From: an uncultured Acidobacteriota bacterium | GTDB lineage: Bacteria > Acidobacteriota > Terriglobia > Acidiferrales > UBA7541 | Direction of reading: 5' to 3' | DNA length: 64,000 bases | Assembly (NCBI GenBank): GCA_963767755.1 | Contig: CAVYFO010000011.1 | Location: 56,615-120,614 of the forward strand | In this document: one piece after another, positions 43,265 to 54,169 of the stretch | How positions within the stretch are numbered: the stretch's first letter is position 1 | Layout: the number at the start of each line of letters is the position of its first letter | Program-made: the position numbers and the translations under genes | The notes under the pieces: model-generated | Seen by the model: only the letters and a program-made list of their open reading frames with translations | Database searches by the model: none | Told to the model about the DNA's origin: nothing

Positions 43265-44050
43265 TTAAGGTTCGCCGATGCGCCAGGCCTCGTCGTGCAT
43301 GACTTGTACCATGCAGAGGCCTTGCGGAGGAACGGTTGGGCCGGACTTGGCGCGGTCTCGAAGTTGGTAGAGGCGGAGGATGTCGTCAGGGACGAGCTTG
43401 CCACGGCCTACATCCAGAAGGGTGCCTACCATTTTACGAACCATAAAGCGCATGAACGAACGTCCCCGCACGGTGTATACAAGTTCTTCGCCATCATCGC
43501 TGCGGGCCAACTCGCTCGCGTAGATTTCGCGCACCGTGGAACGCTCTTTGTCGTCGTCCTCGGATCCCGTGGATGCAGCGAAGGCGGCGAAATCATGCGG
43601 GCCGACGAAGCGCGAAGCGGCGATGCGCATGGCGTCTTCATCGAGCGGAAAAGGATAGTGCAGGACGTAGCGCCAGAGCGTGGGCGGAACGACTTTGCCA
43701 CGATACAAACGATAGCGATAAATCTTTCCGACGGCGGACCAGCGCGCGTGAAAATCCGGGCCCACCTCTTGCGAGCCAACGATGCGAATGGCAGGAGGCA
43801 GGAGCGCGTTCAAAGCACGCTGGAATTCGCCCGCTGACAGGCCCGACTTTGTATGGAAGCTGGCCACCTGGCCGAGGGCGTGAACGCCCGCATCGGTGCG
43901 TCCCGCGCCATGCACTTGCACGCTCTCCTGCGTGAGCCGGCGCAACACACCGGAAATTTCGCCTTGAATCGTGGGCTTGTCAGAGGACTGAATCTGCCAG
44001 CCGTGAAAGTCGGTGCCGTCATAAGCGATAGTGAGTTTGAAATGGCGCAT
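43265..44050 (-). CDS. truA: tRNA pseudouridine(38-40) synthase
   Basis: YDGTDFHGWQ, AGRTDAGVHA, HDFAAF, MVRKMVG. Confidence 0.95.
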   Translation of the reverse strand: MRHFKLTIAYDGTDFHGWQIQSSDKPTIQGEISGVLRRLTQESVQVHGAGRTDAGVHALGQVASFHTKSGLSAGEFQRALNALLPPAIRIVGSQEVGPDFHARWSAVGKIYRYRLYRGKVVPPTLWRYVLHYPFPLDEDAMRIAASRFVGPHDFAAFAASTGSEDDDKERSTVREIYASELARSDDGEELVYTVRGRSFMRFMVRKMVGTLLDVGRGKLVPDDILRLYQLRDRAKSGPTVPPQGLCMVQVMHDEAWRIGEP

Positions 44051-44123
44051 GAGAGGCGAGCGTTCTGTTTTCAGCGATTATTTTTCAGGAGACGAGCGAT
44101 GTTTGGCAAGCTCTTCTGGGGCG

Positions 44124-44741
44124 TCACGGAGCGGAACGCACGAAGCGGCTGCCCGGCTTGACGGCTGCCCCGCCCTCGCGGCACAGCGGGCAATCTTCGG
44201 GTTCGTAGCTGGCGATGGGCAAGTCCAGCAAAGCCTGAGACTCAACCGGGAACTCGATTTTGCCGCCGCTGCGGTCGATGAGAGCGCCAGCGGCAACCAC
44301 GCGCCCGCCCGCTTCTTCCACGACCTGAATGGTTTCCTGCGTCGAGCCACCCGTCGTCCAAACATCTTCCATTACAAGAACGTGCTGATCCGGTTGGAGG
44401 GAAAAACCGCGACGCAAGGTCAGCGTGCCGCTGGCATCGCGCTCGACAAAAATAGCCGGGACACCGCCTCCGGAAGATCCCTTGGGCTCCGGAAGAGCGC
44501 GCGCCACTTCGTGTCCGATCACAACCCCGCCTAACGCAGGCGAAACAACGGCGGCAATGACGGCATCGGAAAAGAGCGCCGCGAGGGCTTGGCCAAGTTT
44601 TTCTGCAAAGCGCGGATACTGAAGAACGAGCGCACACTGAACATAGGTCCCGCTGTGCAGGCCGCTGGACAGCTCAAAGTGGCCGTGGCGGATAGCTCCC
44701 GCCGATTCAAAGATGCGCAGCAGTTCTTCTCTAGAAAGCAT
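44124..44741 (-). CDS. pyrE: Orotate phosphoribosyltransferase
   Basis: GHFELSSGLHS, VMEDVWTTGGS, KPGSR. Confidence 0.92.
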   Translation of the reverse strand: MLSREELLRIFESAGAIRHGHFELSSGLHSGTYVQCALVLQYPRFAEKLGQALAALFSDAVIAAVVSPALGGVVIGHEVARALPEPKGSSGGGVPAIFVERDASGTLTLRRGFSLQPDQHVLVMEDVWTTGGSTQETIQVVEEAGGRVVAAGALIDRSGGKIEFPVESQALLDLPIASYEPEDCPLCREGGAAVKPGSRFVRSAP

Positions 44742-44980
44742 CGTATTCGGCTAACCGCAAATTCCCTCTAAACATCGAATCGTGAGCAGCCTAGCCGTGG
44801 TGTGCCGCGTTGTCAAGGAAGCCGGGCCGCTGCTAGACTGCAACGCAAGTTTCCGCGCTAAGGCAAGCATTCTTGGCTGTTTTTGCGGGTTAAAGTGTGA
44901 GGAATGTCTCAGAATAGCCTTATCTCGGGGCCGGGCTCCCGGAATATACCCGCCGCGTGGCAAGAAACCGTCCAACAAAG

Positions 44981-45007
44981 TGTAACAACAGCCGTTCAGG
45001 GCACGTT
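44981..45007 (+). promoter_or_regulatory. Putative ECF-sigma promoter
   Basis: TGTAAC-N17-CGTT; a matching motif precedes the paralog. Confidence 0.45.
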
Positions 45008-45070
45008 CCACACTGTCAGTTGCAGATAAATGCGTCCCAAGGGGACAGAATCTTGAGGGGAAAAATTATC

Positions 45071-47215
45071 ATGACGACGCTATATGAGGCCGCAAAATTC
45101 CTGGCTAGTTTGACGAGGGCGAAGCGGTCCATTTTATTTTCAGCGGAGAAGCAGGACGGTTCCTCGATGGCCCGATCCTTGCTCGCGCTCTTGCTGACGG
45201 CGTTGCTTGCCGTTGGTCCGCTGTCGCCCGTTTTCGCGCAGACTCCCGCGCAAAATCCGCCGTCGAACCCTGTGCCGGCAGCCGCGGCTCAAGCGCAGGG
45301 TTCGTCTATCGCGCCGGTCAGTTCGCTGGGACTTGCGAAATACGATTTCTCGAACGGCCCGAAGGTGTTCCCGAATTTTCTGGATATATACCGTCCGATT
45401 CAGGTTGGAGAACCTGAGGTCACAAACTCGCCGAGGCTCGATCAATTGATCCACGACAACAAGCTGGAACTAAGCTTGCAGGACGCCGTCGAGCTCGCTC
45501 TCGAAAACAGCATGGACATCACGGTCGAACGATACGCGCCGTGGCTGGCCGACACTTCGATCCTTAAAGCCAAGTCCGGCGGGGCGGGCGCAGGGACAAC
45601 AGGTGGGTTGCTCGGGTCGTCGACCGCGAATCTTCCTGTCTTTTCGTTCGACCCGCTGCTCACAAGCTCGGCGATCGTGAATAGTGCGCAAACGCCGGTC
45701 AACAATCCGTTCATCTCCGGAACGGGTACGGCCGGGATCACGGATTTGGCGACGCATAGCACGCAGTTCAACAACCAGTTCACTCAAGGATTCCAGACCG
45801 GAACGAATTTTTTTGCCAGTTGGAACAATACGCGGAGTAGTTCGTCTTCATTTGAAAACTTCTTCAATCCGGCGGTCGAATCGACGCTGACGATCGGATT
45901 TTCCCAGCAACTCCTCAGCGGCTTCGGAATTTCGGTGAACCGGCGAAACATCCTGATCGCCCAAAACAATCGAAGAATCGCCGATTGGGCTTTCGCTCAG
46001 CAAGCCATCACCACCATCACGAACACCATCACCGCTTATTGGGAGCTGGTCTACGCACGCGCAAACGTCAAAATCGAGGAACAAGCGGTCACTGTTTCCG
46101 GCAGGCTTTACAGCGACAACCAAAAACAGCTCGGGGCGGGCACGATGTCGCCCCTCGATGTGATTACGGCGCAATCGGAACTGGCCACCGACAAGCAAAA
46201 TCTAATTGTGGCGCAGACCGTGCAGCTACAGGATGAGCAGACACTCAAGAATGAGATCTCCAAGGATCCGATGGCATCCAACCTGGTGAACTTGGAAATC
46301 ATCCCGACCGACCAACCGACGCAACCAGCGGTCATAGAAGCGTCTTCCTTCCAAGCTGCCATTCAAGAGGCTTTCGCGAAGCGGCCTGAACTGCAGCAGC
46401 AAATCTATAACTTGAAAAACGCCGATATCGACATGAAAGCTACACGCAATGCACTTCGGCCTGAGCTCACGCTCAGCGGCGAATACAGTTCCGTTGGGCT
46501 GGCGGGCAATTCTCCGATCACCGGCGCCCCAACTGTCGCAAGCAGCGGCATTCCCATTGTGGACGCCAATGGCAATCCAATCACGGTGGATATTGGCGGA
46601 GTCGCGACTCCCATATTTGAGCCGGTAACGAACAAAACGGTTACGGGCACGAATCAACAAGGCTTCACCGACGCCCAAAGCCAAATCTTTCATAATCGCT
46701 TTCCGACGTATTCCGCGGAGTTGACTTTGAACCTGCCCTTGCGCAACCGCTCCGCACAAGCCGACAGCGCCCGCTCCATCCTGACCGAGCGGGAAGAGCA
46801 GGCCACAATCCGGCAACTGAAGAACGCGGCGATTTTGGACGTCCGCAACACCTACATTGCCTTGACCCAGGATCGCGCGCAAGTTGAGGCCGCGAGCAAG
46901 GCTCGAGAATTGGAACAGCTAGCCTTCGAAGACGAACAGAAGAAATACAGGCTCGGAGCGTCAACCGTTTACAACGTGATTTTGATGCAGCGCGACCTCA
47001 TTACCGCGCAAGGCACGGAGCTGCGCGCGTTGGCCAATCTGCAGGAAGCCAAAGCTAATTATGAACGCGCGTTGGGGCGGACGCTGGACGTGAATCACGT
47101 CACGATCGCGGACGGCAAGTCGGGAACGGTGGAACGGGCCACATTGATCCCGGGGACGCTCCACGGGAAGGTCGTGGGGACGGAAGACCTCTTCGGAGAT
47201 GGCCGCCAGCGCTGA
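45071..47215 (+). CDS. TolC-family outer-membrane protein (copy 1)
   Basis: LSLQDAVELALEN, AYWELVYAR, KRPELQQ, EQKKYRLGAST, YERALG. Confidence 0.9.
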   Translation: MTTLYEAAKFLASLTRAKRSILFSAEKQDGSSMARSLLALLLTALLAVGPLSPVFAQTPAQNPPSNPVPAAAAQAQGSSIAPVSSLGLAKYDFSNGPKVFPNFLDIYRPIQVGEPEVTNSPRLDQLIHDNKLELSLQDAVELALENSMDITVERYAPWLADTSILKAKSGGAGAGTTGGLLGSSTANLPVFSFDPLLTSSAIVNSAQTPVNNPFISGTGTAGITDLATHSTQFNNQFTQGFQTGTNFFASWNNTRSSSSSFENFFNPAVESTLTIGFSQQLLSGFGISVNRRNILIAQNNRRIADWAFAQQAITTITNTITAYWELVYARANVKIEEQAVTVSGRLYSDNQKQLGAGTMSPLDVITAQSELATDKQNLIVAQTVQLQDEQTLKNEISKDPMASNLVNLEIIPTDQPTQPAVIEASSFQAAIQEAFAKRPELQQQIYNLKNADIDMKATRNALRPELTLSGEYSSVGLAGNSPITGAPTVASSGIPIVDANGNPITVDIGGVATPIFEPVTNKTVTGTNQQGFTDAQSQIFHNRFPTYSAELTLNLPLRNRSAQADSARSILTEREEQATIRQLKNAAILDVRNTYIALTQDRAQVEAASKARELEQLAFEDEQKKYRLGASTVYNVILMQRDLITAQGTELRALANLQEAKANYERALGRTLDVNHVTIADGKSGTVERATLIPGTLHGKVVGTEDLFGDGRQR

Positions 47216-47479
47216 CAATGAGGCGAGCCCGCGCTTAAATGGATTTGTGCCCGGGCTTGCCTGCTCGTGGAGCTCTCTCACTTCTTAGTGCCCTTCCCTC
47301 AGGCAACGACTAAATCTCCCGTCTTAATACTCAAGCTGGGAATCTGTTGTCGCGGCACGCCGTCAAATCCTTGTGTTGGCTTTCCGGCTCCATTATCCTC
47401 GTCAGGCCTGTTGCGGTCGTGTTTCTGGTTCACGGCACAGGGTTTATTGCTCCGCGTGACCCCAAATCCAGCCCGCAAA

Positions 47480-47506
47480 TGAAACAAAAGCCATAGTTCG
47501 AGCGTT
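47480..47506 (+). promoter_or_regulatory. Putative ECF-sigma promoter
   Basis: TGAAAC-N17-CGTT. Confidence 0.45.
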
Positions 47507-47564
47507 TTACAGAGTTAGGTCAAATTAAAAACGTCCCGCAGGGACAGAATCTCGAGGGGTAAAG

Positions 47565-49703
47565 ATGATTACGAAGACGCTGAGGGGGACCCGGAAGCGG
47601 TCCATTTTAGGAGCGAAGGGCATGCGGACGGCTTCGCCGTGGGCCCGATCTGCAGTTGCGATCGTTCTGGCCAGCTTGCTTGCTGGAGGGCCGTTTTCCC
47701 CGGTTTTCGCACAGAGCCCGGCTCAGAATCCGCCGGCGAACCCGGCGCCTGCGGCACAGCCAGCGCCGGATGGCGCATCGATTGCGCCGGTTGCATCGCT
47801 CGGCCTGTCAAAACATGATTTTTCGCATGGCCCAAGCGAATTCCCGAATATATTGAAGCCCTACGAATCCATCCACATCGAGAGGCCGGTGCTTACGAAT
47901 TCGCCGCGGCTCGATCAGCTCATCCAGAACGGCAAGCTGGAGATCAGCCTTCAAGATGCGGTCGAACTGGCACTGGAAAACAGCCTGGACATCGCGGTGC
48001 AGCGCTATTATCCGTGGATCGCCGACGCGGGCATCCTCAACGCCAATTCCGGAAGCTCCAGCTTTGGCGCACCCGGAGCCACCTACGGCGGCTCTTCGGC
48101 AGTGATCAACCCCTTTACCTTCACGATACTCACTTTCGATCCTATCTTCACCAGCACGTTGCAGGTCGCGGACGTCTCTACGCCGGTCAACAACCCTTTT
48201 ATATCCGGTACTGCCGCAACAAACCTTACGGCGGTCGATTCACACTCCTTCCAATCGAATAACCAGTATTCGCAAACATTCGAGACAGGAACAAACATCA
48301 CAGCGAGTTGGAACAACTCGCGCATCAGCTCCTCTGCATCGGAAAACTTTCTTAACCCGTACGTGCAATCAACGCTCTCAGTCCAACTTACGCAGCCTCT
48401 TCTGAACGGTTATGGTCTCGCGATGGGCACGCGCAACATCCGCATCGCGAAAAACGATCGCAAAATCGCGGACTGGGCGTTCGCGCAGCAAGCCATCACC
48501 ACCGTTACGAACACCATTACGGCTTATTGGGAGCTGGTCTATGCGCGGGAAAACGTCAAGGTGAATCAGCAAGCCGTCGACGTTGCCCAAAAGCTCTACG
48601 AGGACAACAAAAAGCAATTGCAAATCGGCAGCATTGCACCCCTCGATGTGACCCGCTCCGAATCCGAAGTGGCCACCGACACTGGGACCCTTGTTGTCGC
48701 GCAAACAGTCCAGCTACAAGACGAGCAAACTCTGAAAAACTACATCTCCAAAGACCCGTTGGCGCCAAACATGATCAACGTGGAAATCATTCCCACAGAT
48801 GAGCCAAAACAGCCGGCCATGATTGAAACTGCTTCGTTTGAGGATTCCGTCAAAGAGGCGTTTGCGAAGAGGCCAGACCTGCAAGAGCAGGTGTACAACG
48901 TGAAGAACGCCGAGATCGACGTCCAAGCGACACGCAATGCCTTGCTTCCCTCGCTTTCTGCCAGTGCCTATTATAGTTCGACCGGCTTGGCCGGTAATTC
49001 GTCCATTCTTGGCGCGCCCACGCTGGTTAGCACAGGTATTCCAATCGTGGATGGAACCGGAACACCCGTTCTCCTCAACGGCACCACCCCCATTTACCAA
49101 TCGACCACAGCCGCTGCCGTTACCGGCACGATCCAGCAAGGTTTTACTACCGCGCAAAGCCAAATCTTTCACAATCAATTTCCGACGTATGCCGGTCAAT
49201 TGACCTTGACCCTGCCCTTGCGCAACCGCTCGGCGCAGGCCATTCATGCACGTGCGCTCCTCCAACAGCGCCAGTTGGAAACGGAGGTTCAGGTCATGAG
49301 AAATGCCGCGCTTTTGGACGTCCGCAATTCGTACATTCAGCTTACACAAGACCGTGCGCAAGTCGCCTCGGCAATAAAAGCCCGTCAGTTGCAGCAGGAA
49401 ACGTTTGACGCCGAACAAAAGAAGTACCAATTGGGCGCATCCACCACTTACCTGGTGATTCAGACGCAGCGCGACTTGATCGCCGCCCAGGGCACCGAGC
49501 TTCGCGCTCTCGCCAATCTCGAGGAGGCCAAAGCCAATTACGAGCGCGCGGTTGGCCGCACGCTCGAGGTCAATCACGTCACCATCGCCGACGCCGAGTC
49601 CGGCGAGGTCGAGCACGCTACGCTGATCCCTGGGACGCTCCACGGGAAAGTGGTCGGCGTCGAAGACCTCTTCAAGGATCTTCCGGATCGCAGCGAGCGG
49701 TAA
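47565..49703 (+). CDS. TolC-family outer-membrane protein (copy 2, tandem paralog)
   Basis: Same motifs as copy 1, collinear through ATLIPGTLHGKVVG.EDLF. Confidence 0.9.
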   Translation: MITKTLRGTRKRSILGAKGMRTASPWARSAVAIVLASLLAGGPFSPVFAQSPAQNPPANPAPAAQPAPDGASIAPVASLGLSKHDFSHGPSEFPNILKPYESIHIERPVLTNSPRLDQLIQNGKLEISLQDAVELALENSLDIAVQRYYPWIADAGILNANSGSSSFGAPGATYGGSSAVINPFTFTILTFDPIFTSTLQVADVSTPVNNPFISGTAATNLTAVDSHSFQSNNQYSQTFETGTNITASWNNSRISSSASENFLNPYVQSTLSVQLTQPLLNGYGLAMGTRNIRIAKNDRKIADWAFAQQAITTVTNTITAYWELVYARENVKVNQQAVDVAQKLYEDNKKQLQIGSIAPLDVTRSESEVATDTGTLVVAQTVQLQDEQTLKNYISKDPLAPNMINVEIIPTDEPKQPAMIETASFEDSVKEAFAKRPDLQEQVYNVKNAEIDVQATRNALLPSLSASAYYSSTGLAGNSSILGAPTLVSTGIPIVDGTGTPVLLNGTTPIYQSTTAAAVTGTIQQGFTTAQSQIFHNQFPTYAGQLTLTLPLRNRSAQAIHARALLQQRQLETEVQVMRNAALLDVRNSYIQLTQDRAQVASAIKARQLQQETFDAEQKKYQLGASTTYLVIQTQRDLIAAQGTELRALANLEEAKANYERAVGRTLEVNHVTIADAESGEVEHATLIPGTLHGKVVGVEDLFKDLPDRSER

Positions 49704-49767
49704 TCTCTCGCGCTAAGCGAAAGAGCATTTTGGCCGCTCACTCGCGGAATACGCTAGAATCAAAGGC

Positions 49768-49806
49768 GGAGGAGTGGGTGAGCGGTTGAAACCGGCGGTC
49801 TTGAAA
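49768..49806 (+). pseudogene. 5' half of tRNA-Ser(TGA), displaced att fragment
   Basis: GGAGGAGTGGGTGAGCGGTTGAAACCGGCGGTCTTGAAA, similarity stops right after the anticodon. Confidence 0.85.
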
Positions 49807-50025
49807 TTTGCTAGGCAGTACTCCCACCTGATGCAAATCAACAACCTTACGGCACACGGTACTACATCAAAATGGGGTGTTTTGGGCGGTCTTGGCGAAC
49901 GTTTTGTGCAACAGCGGCTACTTCTTCTTGTCGGAATCGACTCCAAGACACTTGATGTACGATAACGACTTATCAGAAGTTAGCAAGCAGCCAATAGATC
50001 ACCAACTGCTTCTAATCCGTACGTC

Positions 50026-51129
50026 ATGACCCAAACACAATTTGCAGCTTCCGCCGAGGCTATGCCCATGCATGCTCGCCGATTACTCGTTCTCCTCGCA
50101 CTGGCGCTCTCCTGGCCCGCCACAAATCAAGCGCAGATCATTGAAGAAAGAAAAGTCGGCGACAAGACAATCACGTGCATGCGCACGGGCCTGGTGAGTG
50201 GCTACAACGACTGCGGCGTTCGCTCTGACTGGAATTCGTACGTTTTTGTAGGTCTGATTTCAGAGGTCGCTCCCGTCGAAAATCACGAGAAGAAAATTCA
50301 GCTGGTTCCTGAGGAAGTCTTCCTCGGTACGCCCTCGAATCCCTTGTCGATACTGACGTCGCAGGGAGACTGCCTGCGCGAAATCAAGGTCGGGGACCGA
50401 TGGCTCTTTTACCTTAGAAAGGTGGACGGAAAGCCAATCGCTCTTGATTACTACGGGAACGATAGCCTTCCCGTCGCCGATGCACAAAGCCAAGTCGCCA
50501 CTCTCCGCCGTCTGAAAACAATTGGCAATCTTGGAATCCTGCGAGGAATGGTAGTACGGGGAGAACTATTCAGCGCGGAAGTGCTTCCGAACGCGAAGAT
50601 TACTGCAACTCGTCAATCGGACGGCAACAAGTTCTTCTGCGTCACAGGTCCTGACGGACGCTATGAATTTCCGCCGTTATCGCCTGGCGACTACAAAATT
50701 ACGACGCGGCCGGTGGATTCTTACCGGCCCGACGATTCTGAGGTTGATCTCAGGAGTGGAAGTTGTCGTGACATAACACTCGACCGCTCGCCTCACGCGA
50801 AGGTCGGCGGGCATGTGAGGCACTCCGACGGCACGCCTGCCGCGAACGTGGCACTTGTTCTGGCTCGTTCGGATAACTCGTGGCACTTGACAACTCAGAC
50901 CGACGCAGACGGTCACTTCGTGTTCGACTCCCAGAAGCCGGGGAAATACGTGCTCGGATTGAATTTCCCGGGCAACCCTGCCTGGTTCGACGGGGGCGGT
51001 GCCGGAGTCGGAATTCCACCAGCTTCGATGTTTTATCCCGGCGTAGCAAACCGATCCAGGGCAAAGATTATTCGTTTGGCAACTGACGAGAAGTTAGAAC
51101 GTCTCGATTTCACCATCCCCTCAAAATAG
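50026..51129 (+). CDS. Secreted protein with carboxypeptidase-regulatory-like domains
   Basis: Signal peptide; TGPDGRYEFPPLSPGDY; TDADGHFVF..PGKYVLG; FYPGV. Confidence 0.7.
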   Translation: MTQTQFAASAEAMPMHARRLLVLLALALSWPATNQAQIIEERKVGDKTITCMRTGLVSGYNDCGVRSDWNSYVFVGLISEVAPVENHEKKIQLVPEEVFLGTPSNPLSILTSQGDCLREIKVGDRWLFYLRKVDGKPIALDYYGNDSLPVADAQSQVATLRRLKTIGNLGILRGMVVRGELFSAEVLPNAKITATRQSDGNKFFCVTGPDGRYEFPPLSPGDYKITTRPVDSYRPDDSEVDLRSGSCRDITLDRSPHAKVGGHVRHSDGTPAANVALVLARSDNSWHLTTQTDADGHFVFDSQKPGKYVLGLNFPGNPAWFDGGGAGVGIPPASMFYPGVANRSRAKIIRLATDEKLERLDFTIPSK

Positions 51130-51231
51130 CTTCTGACGAATGGCTCACCGAAGAAATTTGCCGGCGGAGTGCAAATCACTTTGCAGCAACTGTGTGTTGC
51201 TCATGCTCCGCAATTCTGATGGAATGCACGT

Positions 51232-51954
51232 ATGCCGAACTGGAGAGAACTGAAACATGCATATGGTTCCGCCGAAGATATTCCTGAAATCATATCGGCG
51301 TTGACACCAGACCCCACGTCGCCAGGTTGGGAGGACTTGTGGAGCCGCGTTTGCCATCAAGGTACGACATACTCTGCAAGTCCAGCGGTCCTGCCATTTC
51401 TGCTCAGCGTCGCTTCCAATTGGAGCACTACCGACCGGGCCATGCCGCTGGCGCTGGCGGGGTCAATCGTGGCAGCGCCACAAACGATTCTGGATGGGTA
51501 CGAAGAAACCGTGGAGGGGCTGCGAACCCTCGCGCTTGACACAGTGAAAAACCCGGGACTCTCTCGTGAGGACCGCATTCACGTAATGCAATCCGTGTTG
51601 GCGTTTCAAGGAGACCGGTTGTGGGGAAGAGTACTAGACCATCTCGATGACGGTGAATTTCCTGCTTCGCGCCCCGCTTGCCGAAAAGACTTGTATCTCG
51701 TGATTGGTAAGCATGGACTTTTTGTCACATCGGACGATTGGGTGCGTAAACCTAGCGTCGTTAGAACAGAAATCAACCCGTTGGAAGCGGACACATTGAC
51801 CGGCGTCGGTGAATGGCTCCATACGATTTCCGTTCAGAGCAGCGACTCAGAATTGTCGAATTGGGTTCGCTACTTGTTCGGGACATCAAAGTGTCCCGAG
51901 TGTGGCAAGCCGTTTAATTTGCCGGATGCAATCGCAGAAATCGACGAACAATAG
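51232..51954 (+). CDS. Hypothetical helical protein with C-terminal CxxC
   Basis: WRELKHAYGSAEDIP..LWSRVCHQGT.YSAS; CPECG near the C-terminus. Confidence 0.65.
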   Translation: MPNWRELKHAYGSAEDIPEIISALTPDPTSPGWEDLWSRVCHQGTTYSASPAVLPFLLSVASNWSTTDRAMPLALAGSIVAAPQTILDGYEETVEGLRTLALDTVKNPGLSREDRIHVMQSVLAFQGDRLWGRVLDHLDDGEFPASRPACRKDLYLVIGKHGLFVTSDDWVRKPSVVRTEINPLEADTLTGVGEWLHTISVQSSDSELSNWVRYLFGTSKCPECGKPFNLPDAIAEIDEQ

Positions 51955-52059
51955 GTGGAAATCAGCCCAACTCCCAATTAACGCGCTATCGGAAGTGAAG
52001 TCCTAGAACTCCTATTGTTCGGCACGACTAACGGGGCACTGGCACTAGATGGCCAACAT

Positions 52060-52504
<445 letters not shown>

Positions 52505-52660
52505 TCAAAACGTTTAGGGATAATGGCGATTCTCGGAATCCCGAGATAATCCATCGAAAACATAAACCGCACGAAAGTACACAGCGGCCTTGCTCTGTCT
52601 AGGACCACCTGAATCCTGAAGGTTTCCAAGGTCGGAGGATTTCCATCGCATTCCCGCCAG

Positions 52661-53353
52661 CTACAGCGAGGCAATCTCTGTCAGTCGCAAAATAATGGTG
52701 CCGACTCTTTCTTGGCTGGCGGCGTCCGGTGGCACATGGCCGGGGAGAGCGTCGTTAAACGCAGGGATCGAAATCAACCTCTTGATTTCCTTCGCCAGGT
52801 AACTGCGCACATTGCTCTCCGCAGCTCGAATTTCTCCGAGCAATTCGCCACGACCGTCGACAACAGCAATAATGTCTTCCAGATCCCTGCTCCCGAAAAA
52901 ATCATCATTTCCGCGCCGCTCAAAAGCCTCGAGCTTTGAAGCACAGAAATATACCGGCGCCACCAACCGAATCTTCAATCCATTTTCGAGCGCGCGTTCT
53001 TCCGAATGTTCCATTGCCGGCCGATACCATGAATTCGAGAAACCGAGAACCTTTGGATCGAGCGGCATCACATCAAGAGTCGTCGTCTCTTGCCGCCAAC
53101 GGCAGCGCGGCGCGTCTTCTTTTGTATCTTCTTGAAAGCCTAGCTTTTTGAGTCTTTCCGAAAAAGTATCGTATCCAGCATAGGACGTGATTTCCGCAAT
53201 CGCATCCACATCAAAAGTTGGACGCACGTCGGCGGCCGCCTTATCTGTGATAAGCAGTGCCGTCGCACAACCGCCCACGAACACCAATTCTCCGAGCAGC
53301 GGCTTGAGCAACTTGGCCGCATCCGTCAGAAGTTCGAGATTAGGATTGGCCAT
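52661..53353 (-). CDS. Predicted nucleotidyltransferase (AbiEii / type IV TA toxin-like)
   Basis: LVFVGGCAT..RPTFDVD; KLEAF..R; SRDLEDI. Confidence 0.75.
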   Translation of the reverse strand: MANPNLELLTDAAKLLKPLLGELVFVGGCATALLITDKAAADVRPTFDVDAIAEITSYAGYDTFSERLKKLGFQEDTKEDAPRCRWRQETTTLDVMPLDPKVLGFSNSWYRPAMEHSEERALENGLKIRLVAPVYFCASKLEAFERRGNDDFFGSRDLEDIIAVVDGRGELLGEIRAAESNVRSYLAKEIKRLISIPAFNDALPGHVPPDAASQERVGTIILRLTEIASL

Positions 53354-53870
53354 GAGCCGACCTTAACCTGTGGACTAAATCGCGCTCAGCTAGATTTCGC
53401 TCGCGCGCGCGTCCATCCCGAATTGCATCTACGAGCGCCAGAAATTGGTAGAGCGCTGGGTCACGTAACGCGGCATGCGGCACGCTTTTGTAGAGAGGAT
53501 CGAGGCTCACACCACGGGTTTCGCCGTCAGGCCAGGGCCAGACTGGCGGCAAATCGTTCGAGGTGGCGATTTCACTCCTCAGCGGCTCGGCTGCATACGA
53601 AGTGGCAACGCCCCTCGTCACCTCGCCGTGCTCCGCAGGAAAGGCATATTTCAGTCCATGGACCAAGAATTCTTCAAGACCAGAAATATTCAGTTTGTCT
53701 TTCAGCGCAGGACCATGCAGAAGCTTCGAGCTTCTCAGGCGCTGAATGGCTCCATGAACTTCCGACGGGCTAAGGCCAAGATCACTCGCTACAATCGACA
53801 TTGCTGGACGACCGTTCGGATAGCCGAAGAGCTTCAGCGCAACCACGACGTCTTGGGGCTTGAGGTTCAT
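53340..53870 (-). CDS. HTH-containing partner of the nucleotidyltransferase (putative antitoxin)
   Basis: LKPQDVVVALK, LGLSPSEVH HTH, EFLVHGLKYAFP, LALVDAIRDGRARER; overlaps the NTase start. Confidence 0.7.
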   Translation of the reverse strand: MNLKPQDVVVALKLFGYPNGRPAMSIVASDLGLSPSEVHGAIQRLRSSKLLHGPALKDKLNISGLEEFLVHGLKYAFPAEHGEVTRGVATSYAAEPLRSEIATSNDLPPVWPWPDGETRGVSLDPLYKSVPHAALRDPALYQFLALVDAIRDGRARERNLAERDLVHRLRSAHGQS

Positions 53871-54169
53871 GGTTAACATTCTATATTCGCGATTCGCGAA
53901 TAGCAAATGAAATCTCAGGGAGGCATAAGTCCCTTCTTTTGCCAAACATCATAGTTAAGACGACGACACCGCTGAGCTGAGAGTTTTGGCGACTGAAGTT
54001 TAGAGGATCCGGAACGCGCGATATAACTCTCGCTACGCTGACTTGGAAGGGGAGGGCGGATCAGTATGTGAACTCTGATTCGCGTGGCGCCATGTTGTTG
54101 TGAACACCGCCGCAAAAAAGGGCACGTCGAGCGCGAACGGCGAGTACGTAAAGCTGCCGCGCACACGAG

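Noticed and set aside
49768-49860. Second complete or intron-containing tRNA-Ser
   Set aside because: No T-arm or 3' acceptor strand follows, and no group I intron core was recognised; better explained as an att fragment.
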